From the NCBI RefSeq assembly GCF_006345805.1, contig NC_043012.1, forward strand, positions 38,626,001 through 38,690,000: a DNA stretch of 64,000 nt. Reading direction: 5' to 3'. Source of the stretch: Octopus sinensis (Eukaryota). Made by a program: the position numbers and the translations under genes. The notes under the pieces are model-generated. The model was given only the letters and a program-made list of their open reading frames with translations, did not search any database and was not told the DNA's origin. This document shows positions 53,834-64,000 of this stretch, piece by piece; within the stretch, counting starts at the first letter, position 1; the number at the start of each line of letters is the position of its first letter.

Positions 53834-54002
53834 GGTGCAGGAGTGGCTGTGTGGTAAGGAGCTTGCTTACCGACCATATGGTTCCGGGTTCAGTCCCACT
53901 GCGTGGCATCTTGGGCAAGTGTCTTCTACTATAACCTCGGGCCGACCAAAGCCTTGTGAGTGGATTTGGTAGATGGAAACTGAAAGAAGCCCGTCATATA
54001 TA

Positions 54003-54043
<41 letters not shown>

Positions 54044-54247
54044 TTGTGTCTGTTTGTCCTCCCCAAATCGCTTGACAACTGATGCTGGTGTGTTTACGTC
54101 CCCGTAACTTAGAGTTTCGCCAAAAGGGACCGATAGAATAAGTACTAGACTTCCAAAGAATAAGTCCTGGGGTCGATTTGCTCGACTAAAGGCGGTGCTC
54201 CAGCACGGCCGCAGTCAAATGATTGAAACAAGTAAAAGAGTAAAAGA
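53834..54247 (+). mobile_element. SINE family A, full length, young
   Basis: Complete head, core, internal (TG)n and (GTAAAAGA)n tail. Confidence 0.93.
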
Positions 54248-55109
54248 TATCACAACAAAAATACCACTGTACTACAACAATGACTATAGTTACTAACACC
54301 ACCACCACCACCACCACCACCACTCATATTACAAACACCACTATAAACACTTCCATGAAAAGCAAAGCTACCACAACAAGGCACTACTCTGCTACCATCG
54401 TCGTTCGCTCTAAAATGCGACCCCTCCGCCGAAAGCGTACCAATTCCAGTTAAGAATCAGCGTCGTCGCATGGTTACATAATCTGCTGGAAATAACAGTT
54501 AAAAGTTTCTCAAGTCACACCCTAGTGTTTGAAAACACGACGATACTTTGCATGATGTAATTCTAAATATACCGTCTCGATTGAATGGTCGCAGATGCAA
54601 TGCTGGAAAGTTTCGTGTAAATGCTCGGTGGTTGATGTCTGGCAGAAACAATACAAATCAGCGCAATAATAGATGCAACGAACATCATCCCCAACAACAC
54701 CAAGAGCAACGATATCATCTCACCCCAGTAAGAAGTGATAAAACCGCCAGTAGCATCACTGCGACCACTTTCCTCTTATATACAAATATACTATCACAGC
54801 TGTAACCTGTATAGTGACCACCACTAATATAGCTATAAAGAATAGCACCAATTTCACAACTATAATTTCTAATACTCCTTATAGCCATAGGCACAACGCT
54901 AATCGAAACACACACACACACATACACACATGCATACACACACACACACATACACACATGCATACACACACACACACGTTTATATATGATAAAATATAAT
55001 ATTCTTAGAACAATATAAAAGAATGGAAATAAACCAGTTAAGGTGTTTCGGGGGTAGGGTTTAAGATTGTCTTTGGAAGGGGTTAAAAAAAGATAAAATG
55101 GAAAACTGG

Positions 55110-55431
55110 CAGCGTATTTGTTACGACGATAAGAGTTGCAATTGATTCGATCGACCAAACAGCTTGTTCTTGACAATTAGTTTGCAAGTGGTTGAGTACT
55201 CCACAGAAACGTGTACAATAAACATAGTTCTTAGAGAGATTCAGCGTGACACGGAATCTGACATGGTTGGCCCCGTGAATTACAGGTACAATTCATTGTT
55301 ATCGGCTGAATGAAGTGGAGCAACGTGAAATAAAGCGTCTTGCTCAAGAACATAATGCGTCGATGGGTATCGATCTCATGGCCTTACGATCATCGGCAGA
55401 AAAGCCTAACCACTTAGCCACGCGCCTTCAC
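55110..55431 (-). mobile_element. SINE family D
   Basis: Homologous to 24490-24809. Confidence 0.85.
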
Positions 55432-55620
55432 GGGAGGAAGTAATGAGGAAACGGTAGAAAGATATGTTTAACGGAAACCGGTGTGGAACTGAATGGAAAT
55501 TGGGTGGCAAGGAAAGAGTTTCCATGTACAGAAGGGTGAGAGGGAGATACCGGAGTACCGATGACGTATGATTGACGATGGTTTAGTTGTGTGTGTGTGT
55601 GCATATAAATATATATATAT

Positions 55621-55663
<43 letters not shown>

Positions 55664-55862
55664 GTATGTATATAATCAAATGAGTAATAACAGACATCCG
55701 TTTCTTACGCATTTTCTAAGAGAAGAACGAGAATATTACTCCATTACAAAAACCGTAATCATCAGATGATACGTAATTTTACAATCAAAAGAATATCCCA
55801 ACCAAGTACACGGTAGGAACGCGGCTGAAGTCTGTGGAAGCTAACTTATTTTGCTGTATATA

Positions 55863-56200
55863 TAGAGTAAAGTCTATTTGCCAACGTAAAGTGGCAGTCC
55901 TGCTTAGGACGATGTTGCTACTCTTTGGCCCAGGAGAACATCTTTTCCACCCGGCTACCGACACATCATATGTATCTGTATACTGTGAACAAGGGATCTA
56001 ATGCTCTCCCTTCTGTCTTAGCGATACCTGCAGACCAATATTTTCTGTGTAATATCCCTTCCTTTGTACAAGCTATCACAATATACGGACACAGATGAAG
56101 TGTTGATAGCCAGGTGCACAAGATGTTTTGTTGGAGGTAAACAGTAGTAACATCGTCCTAAGCAGGACTGCCACTTTATGTTGGTAAATAGATTTTACTA
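55863..56200. mobile_element. ~335-bp palindromic (fold-back) MITE-like element
   Basis: 55867-55922 and 56143-56198 are 52/56 identical in inverted orientation; more diverged inner arms continue the symmetry. Confidence 0.8.
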
Positions 56201-56390
56201 TGATGAACTGTATAGTACATCTTTCTCGCTCACAGATCTAATTGTTTTTTTCTTTGTATATATAAACACACACACACACACACACACATATATGTTTGTT
56301 TTATCTGATAATAAAAGCTGTTTTTATTAAATTGAATGATTTCGCAATATATTGGTACAAATGCATTGGTACAAATGCATTGGGTAGATT

Positions 56391-56425
56391 CCGATGACAG
56401 CTTGTCTGAATGAAACTTCGAAGTC
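56391..56425 (+). ncRNA. Hammerhead-like relic
   Basis: CCGATGA-CAGcttgtCTG-aat-GAAA-CTTCGAAG-TC, with palindrome ACTTCGAAGT and GUC. U4 is replaced by C, there are 3 extra nt, and stem I is poor. Confidence 0.25.
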
Positions 56426-56495
56426 ATTATCAATACTATTCTTGCGAAAAAATAATAAAATATATATATGTGTGATGTGTGTTTGTGTGTGTGTG

Positions 56496-56559
<64 letters not shown>

Positions 56560-58485
56560 AAGAGCCGGAGTGAGGGTTTACAGCGATCGAAAATCCACAG
56601 GAAATCTTCCTTCAGTATTAGTTGAGGCATAGGTTACAAGCAGCAATTTTAATGTAGAATATTTATGTTGCAGAGAGAGAGAGAGAGAGTGTAGAAGCGA
56701 GATAAGGAGGGTGGTTTTCGTGATTGGGACAGAAATGTGTGTAATAGGGAGAGAAATGCGAAGAAAATTTACAGTGTTGTCAGGAAATTCTTATGCGAAA
56801 TGAAAAGTGTTAACGAAACAGAAGAAGGCATTCCACGGGAGAGAGGGTGTTGACGTAGATACAACCGTATATATAACAGGTACAAGAGTACAGTATGATA
56901 GGTGGGGTGGGTGCGAAATATGAGGAGTCGTTGTCTTCAACAAGGCCAATAAGCGATATACACGCGTGTTATAAGTGTGTTGTTTGCAGTAAAGCAGTTG
57001 CTGGTAGAATCGTCTGCGCGTCGTACAAAATGCTTATCGGCATCTTTTACAATTCTTTACACTCTGAATTTAAATTTCGACGAGTTCAAGTTTGTGTTTC
57101 ATCCTTTTTGATAATTTTTATATAATTCCAGCTCTCTGCCTTCAGTCCAAAAGACGCCGTTGTGATTTGCTTGTTTCTCGAGTCTTTGGAATAGAATTCG
57201 AATCTATTTTTCTCTCTTCTCATAAATTGTGTCTGTTCGTCCAAAGTTCAGTCTTGGCTCGACAACTGTGTTAAGGGTACACATCTCTACAGAATACCCA
57301 GTTACACCTTAATTACAGCAGTAGCGATGTGTTTGGTCGGACAACTGAACCTTTTACCATCAACTCATACACGCAGACAGTTATAATATATGTACATATA
57401 TATATACTTATATCTATGTACGATATTGGCGTATGTGTACTCACATACAGACAGTCTTACATATTATAACATGCATATATGCAAGTTTATAGAACTGCGA
57501 TGTTGCATAACATACAGAGAGACATCTGTTATTTCATATTCTACAACACGTCCTCCAGTCAGCGGCGTTTCTTTGAAGATTGCAATTGATCTCAGAGATC
57601 AATATACACTAATAACTACACACGTACATCTACACACACACCCCACGTACATATATCAACAGATACGCGCATACATGCATACACACACATACACATATAT
57701 ACACATACGTATATATGTGTATACATACATATATATATATATATATAATATATATATTATATATATATATACATACGTATACATGTGTATATATACATAC
57801 ATATATACATATATATGTGTGTGTATGTGTGTGTACATATGTATATGTGTACAATCATATATTCACATATCATTTTGTGTGTGTGTTTGTATATATCCAC
57901 ATATAACAATCGTTAACCAAAGACTTTTATCTTTATTTTTCCTTTCTGCTTTTCCATTCCTTGTTCGTCTTCACTCTTTCATTCCTCCCAAATTCCTCTC
58001 TTCTTTCTTATTTTTGTTTTGGCAATAAGTGTAATTTTGTACCTCTGTTCCCCTAAAATGGTCTCAGGTAACTGAATCTCCCATCAACCCAGCTCAATTT
58101 TTTACAATTTACTTCCTTTCATATTCTTTTTCCCAACTCCATTCCTCCCAGCTGTATTTTTTTCCAGATCATTTTGCTCTTGTGGTTACCACTGATCCAT
58201 TGTGGTAAATATACACAATGGATTCCTGGAAGGATCTACGTGGGTAACAGGTTACTAACTGTAACCTTAGATATCCATATGATTTCAAAAAACAATCGAG
58301 TGCTCAAAACAATGGCACTCTTCTTTTAATTTTGATTCTATATCTTCAGGAGGAGTTACATCAATCCTTTTTATATTAACCAAAATGAAGTAGATTGACA
58401 AATTTATTTTTTGAACCACCAGTTGAAGACACACAAGATAACGAAATATCGTTCAATAGATAACAATGTCACTATTATCATCATG

Positions 58486-58540
<55 letters not shown>

Positions 58541-58550
58541 TATTATTATT

Positions 58551-58700
58551 AGGCAGCGAGCTCGCCGAGGTCGACTATACCTGTGATCCTTTCAAAGTCG
58601 TTAAAATAAGCATCAGTTGAACACTTGGGTCTGTCACATCGACTATTCCCTTACCCAAAATTTCTGCCCGTGTGGTTACGGTAGAAATGATTGTTATTAT
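58551..58700 (+). mobile_element. SINE family E, internally deleted
   Basis: aggcagcgagctc joins directly to gccgaggtcgactatacctgtgatcctttc...aaaataag. Confidence 0.6.
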
Positions 58701-59049
58701 TGTTGTTGTTATGTAATAGTGAATGAACGCTTATAGAGGAGATTCAAGTATTACTAAGAGAATAATTAGGGGTGTTTGAAAGATCACTCATTTACCCGCG
58801 GTAGAAATACGTTTTTTGTGTAGATATTTTTGGGTGTCACTACCGTTTTTGATATTAGTCATTTGTTGTGATGAATGTTGCTGAACATATCCAAAACATT
58901 CAAGCCGAAGTACCTGCCACACTGTTGGTGCCATTAGCTCTACTATATTTAACACCGTATCAGCATATTTATTTTTGAGCAGAAAACGTGCATAGACACT
59001 TACAGAATCAAACAGACAGAGCCTCAAGGTTCAAGTTGTACCGTTGAAT

Positions 59050-60330
59050 ATACGGAAAGAAATACTGTGGGAAATACTTTGAAAAAATTAGTTGCAGGAA
59101 CAGCAAGACGATAACAAAAGTAACAATATATCTCATGTTGTAGGCGAACTTGAGTCAGTTCAATGGAGAATAGACGTGGTACGTTACAAAAGTCAGTGCC
59201 TCTTTGCCTGATGAATTAATGGAGCAACATATATTAGTTATAATAACAAGCAGATTTGCGTGTCTTAGCAAGTGGTAGCGGAATCTGTGACTGATGTACG
59301 GTTAGCAGTTTGCTCCTTCAATTGGGTCAAGGCTAATGGAAAGAAGCAAGTCTGTCTGGTCTACATATCCGACGGTCAATCGAAGTGACAGATTAGCTGG
59401 TGTTACACGCCAGCTCATAAACCGGTGTCAGTGTTTTTAATGAGTCCCAAGATACCGAGGATCATGTCCGAAAACATTAGACAGATATTTAATTAGAGTA
59501 GCGTTGTCTTCACATGACAATACGGATATTTTGCGAGTGCAGAGTAACCAACAAAAACACGTGGTCTAGTAAGGTTTGCTTGGATTTATGGACCCCGACC
59601 AGAGTATCAGTTGCAACACGTGTAATAGTAAATGACTTGAACTTTACTCAGATGCTGAGGGAAAGCAAAGAAATGAAGGACAAACATTTACGTTAATAAT
59701 AGAACTGCAGAGATGAAGACTGCGATTGCTGAAGACAATGATGGATGAGAGTACCTTGCGGAGCACCACAGGTGGAAAGTCTACGCGTAATCAGATTGGT
59801 AACTAGCAAAATCGTATTTATACTTAGAGCAGCCAGAGCGAGGGATGGCAATGACCGCAAAACTGAAGGCAATCTTCCACAAATGTCAGACGGCCATAGG
59901 TTATAACCAGCAATTGTAGTACGACAGTATTTTGCTGTGGAGAGAGTGAATGATATTGACAAAGTAGTCTGATGCGGAAAGATGAAGAAATTAAGTGAAT
60001 TCAGTCAAAATTAAAGCAAGTGTTTGGAGTTGACGTGTCTACACTGGGATAGTGAGTGAATTGTACAGTAATTCAAAGGACGAAATCTGCCCGACTGGAT
60101 TTGCAGCGAAAAGATGATGTATCAAATAATGTGATAATTGATTATGCGATGGGGGCTGGGTACCTGGTGTCTCTAGGTATTCTGCAATGTTTGAAGATCA
60201 CGTCATCGGTTTATAGGCAGTTAAGGGATCGTAGCCCAAACGATATGAGGTATTTTATGCGGAAATCGGTCAGTCGTTGAGTCTTTTGAACTTAAGTAAT
60301 GGCTTCTCTCTACCGTGAAAGTGTGTTGCG
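59050..60330 (-). mobile_element. Highly decayed LINE reverse transcriptase region (CR1/L2-group-like)
   Basis: ORF 59693-59962 (-) contains STCGAPQGTLI, resembling the RT GVPQGSVLGP motif. The surrounding sequence is non-repetitive and balanced in composition. Boundaries are uncertain. Confidence 0.5.
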
Positions 60331-60420
60331 CTTAGTTCTATCTGTTTTATTCACTAAAGAAGGGAATATATTGTATTAGGTTTTTGCCACCCACTCCGTG
60401 TATGCGTGCGCACATGTATT

Positions 60421-60455
<35 letters not shown>

Positions 60456-60584
60456 GTATATACATATATATATATATATGTGGCAAGTGAAAGACGGAAG
60501 ATGGTGCTGCACAGACACTCACACACACACCCATATGACATAACGTAGGCAACTGCACACAACATGAACCAAAGGGACGATTGA

Positions 60585-60643
<59 letters not shown>

Positions 60644-60796
60644 TTATATATATATATATATGTATATATAGTGGGTATGTATAGCTCATTTTGTGTGACG
60701 TAATTTCTAATATATGTAAGCGCTTACGTCTGTCAACGTCTGTTATGTCTGTTATCATCATCATCATCATCATCATCATCATCGTCATCATCATCA

Positions 60797-60834
<38 letters not shown>

Positions 60835-60836
60835 GC

Positions 60837-60888
<52 letters not shown>

Positions 60889-61419
60889 TCTTCCCGTTTA
60901 GCATTGTTTTATGGTTTTTTTCTCTTTTTTTTAGTTTTGCTTAATTTTGTTTCAGCAGTCATCGCATTCTTCATTATTGCAGCGTAATTCTATTACCGTT
61001 CGTTTAATGCTTCCATAAGCATTACCACTTTCATAGGTTCATGGGGGGGTGGGGTGGAAGAAAGTGTGTGCGTCCGTGAGAGAGAGAGAGAGAGAAAGGA
61101 CGAGGCAGAGGAAGAGAGAAACATAGACATACAATATTACACCGAGAAGCAGAACCAAAATAAAGAAGGGAGAGAAAAGCCATTGCACTGGAATCTTTGT
61201 CCTTTCTCCTTTCCATTATGTTCTCTCGGCACAGCCGTTCCGAAATCTCTCAGTGCAGTCTGTGGTTTACCACTGCACTAGATATATATGTATGGCACTA
61301 CGCCAGACAGAAATGTAGCTACCCCCGCTTTTCCTCACACCACCACCACCACTACACTCGTTCGATTAACAAGAGACTTTTTCTTTTATATATATTAATA
61401 ACATACTACTACAACTAAC

Positions 61420-61422
61420 ACC

Positions 61423-61488
<66 letters not shown>

Positions 61489-61496
61489 AATAATAA

Positions 61497-61527
<31 letters not shown>

Positions 61528-61557
61528 AAGAAGAAGAAGAAGAAGAAGAAGAAGAAG

Positions 61558-61589
<32 letters not shown>

Positions 61590-61690
61590 GAACAACAAAA
61601 ACAGCACCACCACCACCACCGCCACCACCAGCACCACCACCACCACCATCACCACCACCACAACAACAACAACAAAAACAACAGCAATAA
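61420..61690. repeat. Compound (AAT)n-(AAG)n-(CAC)n-(CAA)n microsatellite
   Basis: Direct repeats; they explain the poly-I/R/P/Q ORFs. Confidence 0.97.
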
Positions 61691-62137
61691 TCAACGATAT
61701 GTTTATAATGATGCCGCACAGTATTTTACAAATGCGGCAGAAATATTTCGACGGTGTCATGCGCTGTCAGGAAACATCAAACGTAAGTTTAGCGCCGCCG
61801 CTGCTGCTGCTGCTGCTGCTGCTGCTGTGCTGCTGCAACCGTTGCTGCTGCAGCTCTTCTTGTTGATTTTGTTGTTGTTGTAGTCTTGTGTTGTCTCTGC
61901 GTTTCAGATATTTATCAGTTTTTTTTTTATGCAAAGCCTACATTCCACGTTTTGTTTCTATACTCGAATATGTCACTACTTGCGTATACATACAAACATC
62001 TATACACGCATCCATACGTAGCTGTATACCTACATAAATATGTGTGTGTGAGAGTTTGAGTGTATATGCACGTTTTCGTATGTGTGTGTGTGTAAGCACA
62101 CAATCAAATATGAAAAGTGTTGAGTAAATTAAGAAAT

Positions 62138-62492
62138 AGGAGTGGCTGTGTGGTAAGTAGCTTGCTTACCAACAACATGGTTCAGCGTTCAGTTCCACTG
62201 CATGGGCCGATCAAAGCCTTGTGAGTGAATTGAGTAGACGGAAACTGAAAGAAACCCGTCGTATATATGTATATGTGTATATGTATGTGTGTCCGTGTTT
62301 GTCCCCCCGACATCGCTTGACAACCGTTGATGGTGTGTTTAGGTCACGGTAACTTAGCGGTTCGGCAAAAGGTGTCGATAGAAGAAGTCCTAGGCTTACA
62401 AAGAAAAAATTCTGGGGTCGATTTTCTCGACTAAAGGCGGCGCTCCAGCATGGACACAGTCAAATGACTGAAACAGGTAAAAGAGTAAAAGA
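62138..62492 (+). mobile_element. SINE family A with core deletion
   Basis: gttcagttccactgcat joins directly to gggccgatcaaagcc; the tail is intact. Confidence 0.88.
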
Positions 62493-63104
62493 TGATATAT
62501 GTAGACTTATTTAAAACTGTAAGCCACCCCCTCCGAAACTGCGAAGTCACTTTCAATAAATGTATTACACACACACATACACGCACACACATACACGCAC
62601 ACACATACACATTTGTTGACAGTAAATTCGAAATTCACCAGTGTTGATTTATTGTTTTCAATATGTCTGCGCATGTATTGATCGTTCTATTTAATCACTG
62701 TCCATTGTGTTTATACAAGTGGTTATCTTGGAGTATAACTCTTTGTATGTATGTGTGTGCTTGGTTGTTGATTATAAAAGGAAGCCGCTCAAAAACACGG
62801 AAATATTTTCTCGTGTAAAGCTTTTGGTGAGTGCTGAGCAAAAGATGTCAAGATATGGAAAGGAAACTAAATCAAATCTTCTTTTGCAGTTCCGTGAAGT
62901 CGGTGGTAAGAACTTTCCAAAAATTCTAGATATTATTCAATTATTAATTCTCCTATAGTTAGAGTTACCTTCTCCAACACAAAGAATCTTTCACAAATTA
63001 TATCTTCTCATAATACCAGTCTGCTAAATAAAAGTTCATTTTCTGGGAGTATCAACATTAATTTTGCTAATTCCAGCCCCTCACATAATAATAATAATAA
63101 TAAT

Positions 63105-63145
<41 letters not shown>

Positions 63146-63160
63146 TAATAATAATAACAA

Positions 63161-63410
63161 CCCTGGCTTACCATCCCTGCAAGAAGTGCAAAAGATTGTC
63201 TTAACTGGTACATCACACGTATTGAGAAGAGCATTGTCGATGTGAGAACTGTTGCTGCTCATGTATTTTAATTTAACTTTAAAAAAAAATGAACGAACTA
63301 ATGAGTTTGGTTTATGGCCTACCAATGTATACTATGAGTTTTTTTGCCCTAGGAGTCGGGAAGACACTCGGCAAGAAATGGAAGCAAATTTGAAAGAAGA
63401 GAAAAAAAAA
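63161..63410 (+). mobile_element. RLE-type LINE extreme 3' end in an (AAT)n tract
   Basis: PGLPSLQEVQKIVLTGTSHVLRRALSM*, then a 3' UTR and an (AAT)n tail; homologous to the C-terminus of ORF 63615-63968. Confidence 0.8.
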
Positions 63411-63592
63411 GTAATAATAATAATAATAATAATGATAATAATAATAATAATAATCATAATAATAATAATAAGAATAATAATAATTAATAATAATAATAAT
63501 AATAATATAATAATATAATAATAATAAAAGAAGAAGAAGAAGAAGAAGAAGAAGAAGAGAGAAGAAGAAGAGAAGAAGAAGAAGAAAAAGAA

Positions 63593-64000
63593 GAAAGCAA
63601 CCACACTCTGGGATATGTCAATACACACAGATAGAGAAATTAAGGCCAACAGACCAGATATAGTTGTCAGAGATCATGAAGAAAAAAAATGTTTTCTAAT
63701 TGATGTATCAATACCAGCAGATGACAACGTGTCTCTAAAAGAAATGGAGAAACTTTCAAAATACAAAGACCTGGAAATAGAGGTAACAAGAATGTGGAAT
63801 CTAAAAACCGAAACAATTCCTATCATAGTAGGTGCATTAGGCATGATAAAAAAATATTCAGACAAATACATAACAAAAAGACCAGCACTTACAAACACAT
63901 ATAACATACAGAAAATTGCACTACTAGGCACTGCATACATCCTACGCAGAACACTTTCCATACAGTAACCGTCAGAGCATCACAACAAATCACAGCACAT
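63593..64000 (+). mobile_element. 5'-truncated RLE-type non-LTR retrotransposon (R4/Dong/NeSL-like) endonuclease domain
   Basis: KATTLWDMSIHTDREIKANRPDIVV...CFLIDVSIPAD...EKLSKYKDL...IPIIVGALG...QKIALLGTAYILRR carries the PD..D..K restriction-like endonuclease signature. The frame is open to its stop at 63968. Confidence 0.92.

Overview
Eukaryotic, AT-rich, very microsatellite-dense DNA. The SINE families and repeat landscape resemble an octopus/coleoid cephalopod genome; that attribution is recalled, not checked against a database. No host protein-coding gene can be supported, and nearly all ORFs in the supplied track are translated microsatellites. The window holds three mariner lineages, including one full-length 1292-bp copy with TIRs. 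It also has fragments of Penelope-like elements (PLE; RT and GIY-YIG), restriction-like-endonuclease (RLE) LINEs and CR1/L2-group LINEs, about 30 tRNA-derived SINE copies from five modular families, several MITE/fold-back elements, a ~930-bp tandem duplication and a 100-N gap. The signal the ORF track cannot show is a set of minimal type I hammerhead ribozyme (HHR) motifs. One is intact (2724-2768). One is near-intact with a long branched stem II (32514-32609). Five more are decayed or non-canonical. Several lie in or next to PLE-like sequence. All folds were derived by eye, and repeat boundaries are approximate (about +/-10-20 bp) unless bases are quoted.
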